In this document: positions 14,390 through 27,847 of the stretch, piece by piece | How the letters are laid out: each line of letters begins with the position of its first letter | Position numbering within the stretch: position 1 is the first letter of the stretch | NCBI RefSeq assembly: GCF_009914755.1 | Contig: NC_060936.1 | Reading direction: 5' to 3' (one strand) | Source: the human T2T-CHM13v2.0 reference genome, Homo sapiens | Length of the DNA stretch: 64,000 nt | Notes under the pieces: model-generated | Database searches by the model: none | Told to the model about the DNA's origin: nothing | Seen by the model: only the letters and a program-made list of their open reading frames with translations | Program-made: the position numbers and the translations under genes

Positions 14390-14977
14390 TGTTAGAAATG
14401 CTTGTTCCCTGGTGCCATAAAAAAATAGCACTTGAACATAAATTTAATTTCCTCAGCAAGGCCATTTTTAGTTTTTATAGAAAGGGTACACTCTCTAGCA
14501 GTTTTGCCATGAGAGTACACCAAACAAAGGAGACAGGGTCATTTATAACATGAGGCGTCCACCCTACTGCTGTGTCTGGTTTCCATTGGCTGGAACAGGA
14601 CCTCACATTCTGTATTTGTCCCTATTGGCTAGCAACGTAGAACTTTCAAAAAGAGGCAAAGGTAGAGGAGAACAAAGGAAGGAGGAAGTAACTTGTGGAA
14701 TGCTGAGAAAGGTAAAAATACCTTCAGATAAGGAAGAGGAACAAGCTATGACCTAATGCTTGCTTGGACCAGTATAAGCATGCCAGGACAAATATTTAGG
14801 CTAAATTGTGGGAGCTAAGAACATAAAGTACTTTGATTTCTTTATTACAGCTAGCAGATATTTAAGAATGTTAGCACAGGTCTTTGAATAAATTTTGCTT
14901 CTAAGAGAAGTTATTATGTATTCCTAATTAGATGGGAGGAAAGTCTTTGAAGAGGAACCTCTACATTACTTTTTACA
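14390..14977 (-). mobile_element. LTR10C-like solo LTR (HERV-I, ERV1)
   Basis: TG...CA termini, 588 bp; minus strand begins TGTAAAAAGTAATGTAGAGGTTCCTCTTCAAAGAC; imperfect TSD ctcc/cccc. Confidence 0.8.
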
Positions 14978-15006
14978 CCCCTTAGTAAGTTTACTCTCCT
15001 CTCCCC

Positions 15007-15008
<2 letters not shown>

Positions 15009-15037
<29 letters not shown>

Positions 15038-15316
15038 GAGACAGAGTCTTGCTCTGTCACCCAGGCTGGAGTGAAGTGGCGCGATCTTGGCTCACTGTAA
15101 GCTCCGTCTCCGGGGTTCACGCCATTCTCCTGCCTCAGCCTCCCTAGTAGCTGGGACTATAGGCACCTGGCACCACGCCCGGCTTTTTTTGTATTTTTAG
15201 TAGAGACGGGGTTTCACCCTGTTAGCCAGGATGGTCTCGATCTCCTGACCTTGTGATCTGCCCACCTCAACCTCCCAAAGTGCTGGGATTACAGGCATGA
15301 GCCATCGCACCCAGCT
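15009..15316 (-). mobile_element. AluY-type SINE
   Basis: Poly-T followed by antisense Alu with Y-like motifs; TSD ccacttttt. Confidence 0.96.
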
Positions 15317-15394
15317 GGCTTTTCCACTTTTTGAAAAAGCCCTTGGCCTTTCATTGCTATCATCAGTGGTGCTATATAAAATTTTTAGTTTTTT

Positions 15395-15670
15395 AATTAA
15401 CTCACCAAGTCTTTATTGAACATCTAGTTGGTGCTAGACACTCTACTCGTTCTGGGAATACTGAGATGAATGATACAGCTTTTATCCTTGATGATGCAGC
15501 TCATATCCTTGAGGCATATGCAGTTTAGTAGGGGAGGCAGAGAAGTAAGCAGATAAATCAAAATTCAGACAGTGTGGGATATGAACAAGGTGCTGTGGAA
15601 GCATCTAGAGGGGAGGGAAGCACTGGGAGGAATTGGAAGGAAATCTTATTTTGTGCGTTGAGTTAAACAT
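15395..15670. mobile_element. L2 3'-end relic
   Basis: 'tttattgaacatcta...gtgctagacact...ttctgggaatact...gtgctgtggaagca'. Confidence 0.6.
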
Positions 15671-16002
15671 TGTTAGATGGCAGCAATCTAAGTGGTTCAC
15701 AACTGACAAATGATTCAGGAAATTCTGTTTTCTTTACTGTTTTCTGCCAACTCTGACAGCATTTTTTTAAGACAAGAAAAAAAATGGCTCAATTAGTCAC
15801 ACAAGTACAGTAAACTTGAAATTACTTAAGTAGTAAGGAGTTATGACTGATACTCCATGGCAACCATAGTCAAATTCCTCCAACTTGCCTGCAAGGACCA
15901 AAGAAGAATCAGATACAGTATTTGGCATTGTATTTATTTTATCCTTGGTATTTGGCATTTTTGTTTATTCTCCAGTGGGGATAGATACGGAACGTGGATA
16001 TA

Positions 16003-16416
16003 CAGTTGACCTTTGAATAATGCACAGATTAAGGGCACCAAGCTCCGTGCAGTCGAAAATGTGCATATAATTTTTGACTCCCCAAAAACTTCATTACTAA
16101 TACTATTGACTATACGCCTTACCAATAAGTTAATTAACACATTTGGTATATGTATTATATACTGTTTTCTTACAGTAAAGTAAGTTAGAGAAAAATATTA
16201 ACGGAAATATCTTAAGAGAGAAAAAAATATATTCATTGTTCATTAAATAGAAGTGGATCGTTATAAAAGTCTCCATCCTCGTTGTCTTCACATTGAGTAG
16301 GCTTCAGAGGAGGAAGAAGAGGGGGGTTGGTCTTGCTGTGTTAGATGGCAAAGGCAAAAGAAAATCTGTATAAGTGGATCCACACTGTTAAAACGTTTGT
16401 TGTTCAGGGTCAGCTG
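16003..16416. mobile_element. Tigger2a/MER28-like TcMar DNA transposon
   Basis: TIRs CAGTTGACCTTTGAATAA / TTGTTCAGGGTCAGCTG, flanked by TA on both sides. Confidence 0.88.
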
Positions 16417-19400
16417 TATATACACCATTCTTAAGTACATGGACTGTGTACATATTTTGTCCATGAAAATCTACCCATGATTTTATGACTCCTAGCACAG
16501 AACCCTGTTGAGTTCAAAACGAGCTCCTAACATGTACGATTGACAGCTGTTTGAAGCAAACAGGAATTGATATGTTGATCTTTAAATTCTAACTAATTAA
16601 TGGAAATATTCAGAAATATTCGGAGATATTAGTGTGCTGTTCATTCAATATGACTTTTAAACCTATGAAACATATATAAGGAAGTGATTGTGTTCATTGT
16701 CAAATGATTTTTCACTTTATAAAGGGATTTACCCAGGGTTCCTTTAATTTGATAGTTTTACCCAGTGCATTTAATTGTTAGTTTCCAAACCATTAATTCC
16801 TTGACAGAAGACTGGAGAGGCAGACAGCTTAAACCAGAGTGTGAGGAACAAGCCTCTAAATTTTATTGTTTGAAATGGAGCAAAAAGAAGGGTAACTAGT
16901 TCCCTTTCATTCAGTGTCAATTGTTGGGGAAATATTTCATTTTCATATCCTGTGTGAGTGCTACCTCTAGGAGATAAAGTAGGTATTTCAGTGTAAGTTT
17001 CTTCTGTGTCTTACTGCACCAAATATGGACTTAGAAGCATCAGAGACAATGCATGACAGAGACAATGCATGTTTCTAATGACTGATGGAAATAAGGTCCC
17101 ATAAATCTGTTTCTGTATCTTAGGGGAATTATATATGGTCTTTGACTGTGGGGCCAAATTGAATGAGGAAGCATCATGTGAGGTAGAATGTGTCCTTACA
17201 GAAAGAGCTAACAAATACAAAATATCCAGACTCATTTATTCTGGGATAGCATAAGTAGACCAGTGATCTAATACTCCTACAATAGGTGATGGAGCCATCC
17301 TAATAGATAGATTTGAGATTTAGACTGGGAAGTAATAGTCTGAACAAAAGAGAGTTTATGAATTTAATTAAGGTAGAACTTTAAAAAAATTAGATGGATG
17401 ATTAGAAGACACAGAATCATCCAATTTATATTTGTAGCTACCTAAAAATTATTAGGACTTTCTTATAATGGGCTTTAAAAATTTTTAGGTTTTATTTGAG
17501 ACTGTTTAATAATGATTTGGACAAATTTTAATTGGATGCAGAAATTGGCATCTCTAGATTCAGTTTTTAAAAAACTGAATCTTAAATCTTAAAAATATCT
17601 TAAAAAAACTGTTTAAAAAACAGTGGCTGCATCTCTGGGGATTAAAAAGCAATAGAGAATATTAATATAAGTTGAACCAAAATGTCATTAAAATTACAAT
17701 TACCTCACAGTAAAAATTATTAGCTAAATTACCCAAAAACAACATGAATTTTTTTAAATGTTTCAGAAAAAGAAATATGGTGATATAATTAATATACATG
17801 TATCTTAAACTTTTTTCTTGAAGTTTTGTTATGCTTGCTTAAAAAATAGACAGTATAATTTTATTTCTTTAGCGAATATAAGAAGGTGGTGTGTTAACTA
17901 CAATAAAATAACTTTTATTGATATAGTGCTTTGTAATTTTAAATGTTCTTTTATGTATATCATCTTATTTAATCTTTAACCAGGTAGTGAAGGAATTATT
18001 GCTGTCAGTTCGTAGATATGGAAACTGAGCTGAAACATTAAATAAATTAATCATCAAGAATTATAAACCCTTACTCCTTTCATTTCTTCATCTGTTTATT
18101 ATTCAGACATATATTGGTCACCGTTATATGCCAGGAGGCCCTCTATTGGTATTGGAAGCAAAATTTGTACTTGCGTCTTTTGGTATCTATTCCAGTATTC
18201 TTCTCCTGCCACTGCTTGCTGCATCTCAACTGCAGTTCAGAATTACAGTTTAAGTGATAAGCCTTTTTACTGGACAGAGTTTGGGATTAGTTTTTATTTT
18301 GTAATAGATACATAATATTTTTCTATTCTAACATTTTAATGTATAGATTTTCTATAATCAGCCTTTTGTTTAAAGTATAAATTTGTATTGGCCAAAAGTT
18401 TTGTCCATTACTATATAAAATTACAGTTAAATTCTTATATAATCTCTTTTTCCACTTGGTATGGAAAAGATTCCTCTTTCAAGATTTCTTAGGCTTCTAA
18501 ATCCATTGTTTGATTTTTTTTTCTAGGAAAGAAGCTATCTTAATTGACTTTTTATTCTGAGTGAATGAAAATAAGATTCAGAAATTATTTATATAATTTA
18601 TATATTATTTATATATCTATAGTATTTAGAAATAGTAAATAAAAACATTCATGGTAAAGAAACAAAGGATATTACCGCTAATGACCAATAATATGCATTG
18701 GTCATAGGAAGAATATTCCAAATCTAGTTTAATAAATTGTTCTTGGTTATATATTTAGACTTATGCTAGGTTCTTCATAAGATTTTTTTAACAGAGAAAA
18801 ATCTACAGATCTTGCATTGCATGTGATTATAACCTGGTTGGGAAGAGATACTAATAGCTCCATTACAAATTGGAGTGAAATATGTGTAGCCAATTTCCTT
18901 GACTATACAGAAGACTGAATGCTTAAGTCCTCTGGGTACAGTTTTGTAGGGTAAAGGAGACAGTTGTATTGGGACTCATTTTAAAGGATGAGCAGATTTC
19001 TGCAGGGGAGATGGATATTTTGAGATTGCACACCAGAATTTTAAAAAGTGTTTAAACATACAGTATATAAGTATGTCTACAAATTGGATTTTTAAAAATC
19101 TTATTGCTGTTAGGTATTCTCACAAATACTTAAGTCATTCACAATTTTTTCGTACTATTTACCTATCCTCCCTGGGATTGAGTACGTGTTGGAGGCAGGA
19201 GCAGATTCTGTGTATGCAATAAGTCATTGCCAGTTGCCTGGAGCACAGTAGTTTTGGGACTAGAGTGTGAATGTGAGTTGGGATTCATATCAGGAATTAC
19301 TAACATACAAGAAATAATTATTTCTTACCATTTTCCCTGGACTAATGACTCTGAGAAGAAACCTGGAAGAAACATCATATTTGATACGTCTAGTATTTCA

Positions 19401-20148
19401 TCAGCCGTTTTTTATTTGAAGGAAATACTTACGGTATGGGGTCATAGACTTTGAATATTCTCCAAATTAGGCTGGTCCTTTCTGTATATATCATCTTAAT
19501 CTCTTCATTTTAGAGGAGCTGAAATGCTGAGAATTTATATACAGAATCTTTTTGTGGAGAAATTTAGAATGTTCTGGTCATGCATAATGATACTATTGTT
19601 TTGGATATGGAGAGAAATTGTTCATGATTAGAATCTATACATGCTTAATGAGAGAGAAGACTGAATTATAATCAGTTGCTTTTGCATACCAGTTTCTTTA
19701 AAAGCATAGAAAAAGTGGACTTTTTTTTTTTCTTTGCTGTGGTCAAAGGAAGCTTATACTGATTACTGTCAAATGTTAGATTTTTATTTTCTTTAAAATA
19801 TAGTGGATGAGATTTTAATTTGCTTTTCATGTAAAAGGCAAGGGTGCAGTGTTTATTTGAATTCCACATTACAAACTTTTATTTTTAAACAACAGAATTT
19901 TTAACAGAATTATTTTTATTTTTTTTATTATTTTTAAAATTATATTTAAAATTAAAATAATTTTATTATTTTTAACAGAATTATTAGAAAACAAAACAAA
20001 CATTTTACTTACAAAACATTGACCCCAAAATTGGGTCTGTAAGATCCTCTTTCAAGTATGGGAAGTTTTGTATTTTCCAGCAAGGTTTTTATAAAACAGA
20101 AATTAACTGTTTTTCATTCACTTTATGCAGGAAATAGTTATTGTGCAC

Positions 20149-20826
<678 letters not shown>

Positions 20827-21319
20827 AGCACCTATTTTGTATTAGGCATTTTTCTAGTGATTGTGCTGCAGAAAGATCTGCCCTTGTAGAAATTTTATTC
20901 TCATTAATTAATTAGGTTTTGGCCAATTTCTTATATATTTTACAATAATAGTATTAATTTAGTTGCTCACCATACATATTTCTTAAGCCAATATTATGTA
21001 TAAATTCTAAGTAGTGTTGTCACAGAAAGAAATGGAAAAATCAGTACAAATGTATGTATAAGGAACATTGGGGAAAATTGTTTAAAGCTTTAGTATTTTC
21101 AAAGGATGGGTCTGAAGTTTCATATATTTGCAAATCATTTTAGAAACTTAAAATATAATTTAAATTACAATGATAAGAGCTGGTATAAGTTTTTCTGAAT
21201 GAATGAGCCGTTTATACTATGAAAAGTATTTTTTAATATTAGATCCCTGCTTATAGGTAAAATTACTTAGTACATTTTTTTAAGATTTATTTGAAGTTTT
21301 CTTTTCCATGCTCTCCTTC

Positions 21320-21619
21320 TTTTTTTTTTTTTTTTTTTTTTTTTTCTGAGATGGAGTCTCGCTCTGTTGCCCAGGCTGGAGTGCAGTGGTGTGATCTCAG
21401 CTCACTGCAACCTCACCTCCTGGGTTCAAGCAATTCTCCTGCTTCAGTCCCCCCGAGCAGCTGGGATTATAGGCACCTGTCACCACACCTGGCTAATTTT
21501 TGTAATTTTAATAGAGACATGGTTTCGCCATGTTGGCCAGGCTGGTCTCGAACTCCTGACCTCAGGTGATCCACCTGCCTCGGCCTCCCAAGGTGCTGGG
21601 ATTACAGGCATGAGCCACA
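21320..21619 (-). mobile_element. AluS-type SINE
   Basis: Poly-T plus antisense Alu; TSD ctctccttct. Confidence 0.95.
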
Positions 21620-23309
21620 TTCTCTCCTTCTGAAGATATCTTAACACATCTGAAACTTTAAGAGAATGCTAGTACCATAATTTTTCTTTTTAAGTACTAC
21701 TTTTCACTTACTGATACTTATTAGAAGTAAAATCAGTTATTGCAGTTGTCTCAGACTGTCACTGCATGTAATTTCAACTGCATGTAATTTCAACTGTTTC
21801 TTTCTGTAATAGTGGTTGTATTGAGATTGATTCATGAAACCTTAAGTTCCTTGGGAATTAAAAAAAAGAATCCCATAAGAAGTAAGGAGTTTATTTTAAA
21901 GTAATGGCCCAACTGGAAATCTGCATGTCATAAAATTTGTCCATTTAATGGTAATGGAAAGCATCAACTGACTTAGCCAAGTTTTTTGAGTGGAAGGGTT
22001 ATTTAAGGTGACATCTAATCAGTTTGAAATGTATATAGATCCAAAATGAAATGGAATTTTATTAAATTAAACTATTGGATATTTTCTGTATCATGTGGAA
22101 TAGCTATAATAAAGACAGTTAAGATAGAATTATGGAAAGCATCTTTTACATGTGATAAAAGATGGTTTCTGTAGGTTTATTGAAATAATTAAACACATTA
22201 GATTTTTATTTTTGACTAACTCGGTTTGTTTCTCTCCCTCTTCCATTTTCTTTTGCTCTTATTTTTTTTATGAAAATCTTGTAAGCTTATAGAAAAATAT
22301 TGATAATTAACTATTTTTTAATGTAAGAAATATTACTGATCTTAAAACATGATTTGTAGGATTAAAAACAAATTTTTAAAAATCATAAAATCACTTAGAA
22401 CAATCTCTATCCCTATAATAGCAACTTTCACTTTTGATTGTTAGATTTAACTGGTATATGTAATTTAGTTATTTGCCGTCACACTGTGAATCCAGTTTTT
22501 ACCATTCAGTGACAAATTTTCAGAAATATATCAGACTAGTACTTTACATATGTATATATGGATCATTATGTTTATATAAATATTCCCCAACCTCACTGTA
22601 ATAGTGTTTATCTGTATCTCTTTCTTTTAAAATGTGTGAACTCAGCTATGTAATACTTATGCCAATATGTATAGTTTTAAATATTCTAGCATCTCTGGCA
22701 GATACTATTTTCTACTTGAATGCTTATGTTTATTTGGAACTCACTACTCTGTAACAGCAGCTGGTTATGTTCCTGGGCAGGTTTAATAGTCATTTTGTCA
22801 TACTCAGTCAAAATGTTCTTCCTTTTACATTTTTCGTTAAGTCTTGTGAAGCCACACAGAAGTGATCTACTCTCTTTACCAAGTGTTAACTTTGCATATA
22901 TTTTATGGGGATGATTCTATCCCTACTTAAGATTTTCTCTTCTCAGGTTAAATATTCCATTTCCTTTGTTCAGGAGTTTCTTATTTGGCCTTCTTTCTAA
23001 ACCCTTAACCATTCTGCTTATTCTCTGCTTGACACATGCTATTTAATCAAGGTGACATTTAAAATATGGTCCTCCACAGAGCACCACTATGAGTCTCCTA
23101 CCTCCCTTGATCTATAAACTATATTTTTACAGTTTTATAAGATTTTTTGGCAGTCAGTTTATGATACTGGCATGGGAAATTTCTTGCCTACCCTCCCTAC
23201 CCTTTTAATCTGTATTTCCTTTATCTGTTTTATATATAGCAATATTTTTAACCAAAAACTTAAGACTGAGTTTTCTATGTACTTATTGATTTAATGTTTA
23301 TGGTCATTC

Positions 23310-24590
23310 ATTTATGGTTAATTTCAACAAATACTTACTGAGCTCCTGTGTGCCAGATATTCTAGTAGGTGCTGGTAGAAAGTGGTAATCAAAGTATAGT
23401 ACCAAACTTTTAAATTTCCTCTGGTTTTAATGTTATGTTTATGATACCCTCAGAGGGAACAGGGAATAATAATGAAGATGATAATGATAGCCAGAGATTA
23501 TAGCATACTTAACAGGTGCTGGCATATTTACCTCTCACAACAATCCTTAAGTCACAAGTACTATTTATTATTCCCATTTTGCAGATGAAGAAACCACGGC
23601 TTATTGAGATGAAGGTACTTGCTCATGGTGAGGTCATGGATGGCAGAGCTAGCATTAGATTCCAGTTAATCGGCCTGCAAAGTAAATTTTATTAACCACT
23701 CTGTTAAGTAAGAAACAGTGTTACTGAATTTGAAGTAAGGGAAAAAATTTGTTTTTCAGATGAATGACAAAGACTTCCTGGAGGAAATGGGCTTTGAAGA
23801 AGGGGAACTATCCATTCAAAAGAAACTCTCACCAGGAAGAGGCATAAAAGAATGAGATGGAAAAGAACAAAGCTCCATGGGAGAATACTATTCGTGTAGT
23901 TTGGCTACATGGGGACAGACACATAAGGCATGTTGAGGAATACAAGATAGGAAAAAGATTAGAGACAGATTGTGGCAGACATCAAGTGCCATGACAAAAT
24001 GAATGTATGTTGTTAGTTTTTGAGCAAGAATGTTGAGCATAGTCATCTCCTGCCTTAAAATTGTTATCTTGCAGTAGTATTCACGGAGGATTATAAAGGA
24101 AGCAAGTAGATAAGAGAGAAAAAGAACCAGAATTACCAATCATGATTAGAAGGAACAAAAAGGACAGACACAAAAGACAGGGTGTTCCTTAAATTGTTTG
24201 ACTTTAAAACCAAATGAATATTGGAGTAAGAAAGAAGTGGTAACTGAAAATCAAGACACTGACAACAGAAATAGTCAGATGTGGTTGAGGAACATTATTT
24301 TAGGAAGATGAGGAATTGACCTTTACATTGAGTTTGAAATACTACTGTAGAATCCAGATGGAATTATCTAATGAGCAGTTTGAGAATCAGTGCTGTAGCT
24401 CAGGGGAAAGTTGAAAATGGAGAAATAGACCTGATTTTAGCTGTGTAGAGGGGAAAACTGAGTTACATATGGAAGTAAACATACAGGTGCTAAAGAGGAT
24501 GAGCGGGTGTAAACCATATGACATCAGGACATTGGAGGTACTGCTTCTAGGCTTGGAGATGACCAGTGGCATTTTCTGATAGTAGTGTGT
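23310..24590. mobile_element. L2 relic with an embedded MIR (about 23480-23705)
   Basis: 'tcaacaaatacttactgagctcctgtgtgccag', 'cttcctggaggaa'; antisense MIR core 'attcccattttgcagatgaagaaac'. Confidence 0.6.
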
Positions 24591-24662
24591 GACAAACATC
24601 AGCTTGACTGTTTTCTTAAGGACTTTGTGTACAGTTTTCATGTAAGCTCCTGGTTCATGCAT

Positions 24663-24786
24663 TTCTTTCTTTTATTCTTTTTTTTTTTTTGGAGACAAGA
24701 GTTTAGCTCTGTGGCCCAGGCTGGATGGAGTGCATTGGCGCGATCTTGGCTCACTGCAAGCTCCGCCTCCCGAGTTCACGCCATTC
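24663..24786 (-). mobile_element. 5'-truncated AluY-type right-arm fragment
   Basis: Poly-T, then Alu 3' portion ending at 'ttcacgccattc'. Confidence 0.9.
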
Positions 24787-24796
24787 TTTTGCGCAT

Positions 24797-25105
24797 TTAT
24801 TTTTTTTAATTAATTAATTAATTATTTATTTATTTATTTAGAGATGGAGTCTTGCTCTGTCCCCCAGGCTGGAGTGCAATGGTGCTATCTCGGCTCACTG
24901 CAAGCTCTGCCTCCCGAGTTGACGCCATTGTCCTGCCTCAGCCTCCTGAGTAGCTGGGACTACAGGCGCCCGCCACCACGCCCAGCTAATTTTTTTTGTA
25001 TTTTTAGTAGAGACGGGGTTTCACCGTGTTAGCCAGGATGGTCTGGACCTCCTGCCCTCATGATCCGCCCACTTCGGCCTCCCAAAGTGCTGGGATTACA
25101 GGCGT
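24797..25105 (-). mobile_element. AluY-type SINE with (TTAA)n/(TTTA)n tail
   Basis: Y-like motifs; first ~20 nt of the Alu missing. Confidence 0.95.
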
Positions 25106-26465
25106 CCTTCAAGGTTTATTGATGTTGGCATCTGCTCTACTGAAGATAAATACAGATTTTTTTATTTTTTTATTTTTATTTTGGCTTATTTTATCCCAGT
25201 AAGAAGCAGGAATGAAAGTTTGTAGGCCAAAACATTAACTGTCCAGTGAAGGTGTGACCCGGCAAATCTAAAGAACTCAATAAACTTCAGACTGACATGT
25301 TGAATCAATCTGAAAGATAACACTGTCCATTCTCCGGAAGGAATAATGGGCTTCATTAACTTGTATTACAAAGGATAAATCTTCACAGGTACATGGACTG
25401 AGGATAGAGTGGGACTGGTTTAGTCTGAGGAAGTCTTTTTCCTCCCTCTATTTTGTAATGCTTCTAATAGACCTGTTTAGCTTCACATCTCTCCTGTAAG
25501 CAGATTATGCTTATCTTTGCATTTCTGTGATGGAACATAGTACTTGATATAGTAGTGGGTATGTATTAAATAATATATAAAGGCATGAATGAGCAAACTT
25601 TGTCTAAAAAGAAGTTAAGGCAATTTACAAATTTTTGTTGAGTCGAATGTGCTATCTTTTTTTTTTTTTTTCTAATTCTTCAGTTTAGAAATGAACAGTG
25701 AAGGTTCCTATTTAGAGAATGCTCTAAATAGTTCTCTAAATGTGTAGACCTCAGGACATTGGGAAAACCTAAATCATTTCAAAATGAACGTATATAATAT
25801 TACCTAAAATTCATTCAGCAAAATTAAGCTTCACTTGTGAAAAATTCATTTAAAATTGAAGATATCCATTTGATACATACGTACAATACCACAGATGTCC
25901 CTCACCCTAGAAATGGGCTCCGTTAACACTTGTTAATTCTTTGGGGGGCCGCAGAATTTTCAGGAGACTGCCAGGGAGTCTCCAAAAAAACTCAGGATTA
26001 GATGGTAACAGTGGTGATGTGTTTGAAATGTTGTGGCCTTTGAGACGTAGCATGAGTTTGTAATAAGATAGAATATGTGTTTGCTATATCAGACTTCTAT
26101 TATCTTCCCAAATGCATATGGAAGGTGTCTCCTTTACCTTGGGACCCACCAAAAACCTGCTGTTTTTACATCAAATAATATTAGGCAAAGATTAGGAGGA
26201 GAGGAATTTTTTGGCCTATAGTGCTCTCTGAAAATGAAAGGGCAGGCTTACAAGATAATAAACTTCCAATTACTGGAAATATTTAGTAGAGATTGGAAAA
26301 ATTCAAAAAGATTCTATGTTAGAAGGAATATTGGATAAAATTTGTGTAAGCAAATAAAATTTCTGCTTATTCCAGTCTGCACTGTAGAAATAGTTTAGGC
26401 TGAATTGGTGAAAGAGAATATAGCACAGTATATGAACATAGGAACAAAACTCGTAAGAGTCAGGA

Positions 26466-26780
<315 letters not shown>

Positions 26781-27832
26781 AGAATTTTTCTTTATTCTGT
26801 GAAAGTCTATTGGTTTTTGTTTTTGTTTTTTTATACTTTTAACTTAGTATCTAAGATTTTTTCTACCTTTTCCTAAAGCCATTTTGTGTTTATTTTATTG
26901 TTATATAGTATTCTTCAGGAGTTCAGCCTATAGTTCAGTTGTTCTTTTTGGTACAGTTTGACCTATATCCTGTAATAATTCTTGAATGTGTTTCTGTAAG
27001 TGGAGTGACAGAAGGCCATTTCTGCTGTTAAAATCTGTTGCCCTTGGCAAAGGAATAAAAGGATCACTTTGTGTGTGTGTGTGTCAGTGTTTACTACTGG
27101 TGCCTTGTTTGAATCATCTCCTTCACTGTTATTCATTAGGTCATTTGTGTCTTTAGTCATTAAACTTTGTCTCATTCCTCAGTAAGAGAAAGCACAGTGA
27201 GACCATAAAAGATGAAACTGGCACTTCATTTACTCCATAATATGGAATTCACTGCTTCCAAAATGAAACCAAGTTGATTAGATGACCTTGATAATTGTTG
27301 TCTTTTTAAACGTTGGATCAGTTGCCTTTTGTGTCTCTTCATTTTATCACCAGAAGGCTCAAGCTTAGTGGCACACACAATTTATTCTTGGCTGTGTATG
27401 TTGACCTTTGAGATAATGGAATATTATTTTAGGGCTCTAATTTCTATCTCCTCTATCTTGGGTGGCATTTTCTGTATAGTACCAGGCAGCACCTTTTACT
27501 TTACACTTTAAAGGAAGGAATGAGCTACAGCTATGATTTTAAGATGGGAGTAAAATCTCTGTTCTTTCCCCCTGTATCTTATCATTTAGTGCTATATCTC
27601 ATCTTTTCTACATGAAAATAATTTTGTATTTTTGGACATGGAGCCATACCATTTGGACTTCCCAGACCTATTTTTATTTCTTATTGCAGTACTTGCTATG
27701 GAACTGCTGACTGGCTATATATATTTTTATATTTTATCTATGGAAAAGCAGAATTCCAAATACTTCCAGATAATTCATATTATAAGAGTAATTTCTTTTG
27801 TCCTTGCTAATATTGTGTTATTTTCTTCTCAG

Positions 27833-27847
27833 TATAAGTTTTCCATG
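27833..27847 (+). other. Candidate 15-nt microexon
   Basis: ctaat branch-like motif, tattttcttctcAG acceptor, TATAAGTTTTCCATG, then donor GTAAGT. Confidence 0.3.

Noticed and set aside
14755-14800. Possible p53 response element in the LTR10C-like LTR
   Set aside because: Only one near half-site (AAGCATGCCA); the adjacent decamer lacks the CWWG core
19875-20000. AT-rich stretch with repeated aacagaatt
   Set aside because: Low-complexity slippage with no further structure
23742-23860. Acceptor-like tttgtttttcAG followed by ATG (MNDKDFLEEMGFEEG...)
   Set aside because: Sits in L2-derived sequence, hits a stop after about 31 codons, and has no donor
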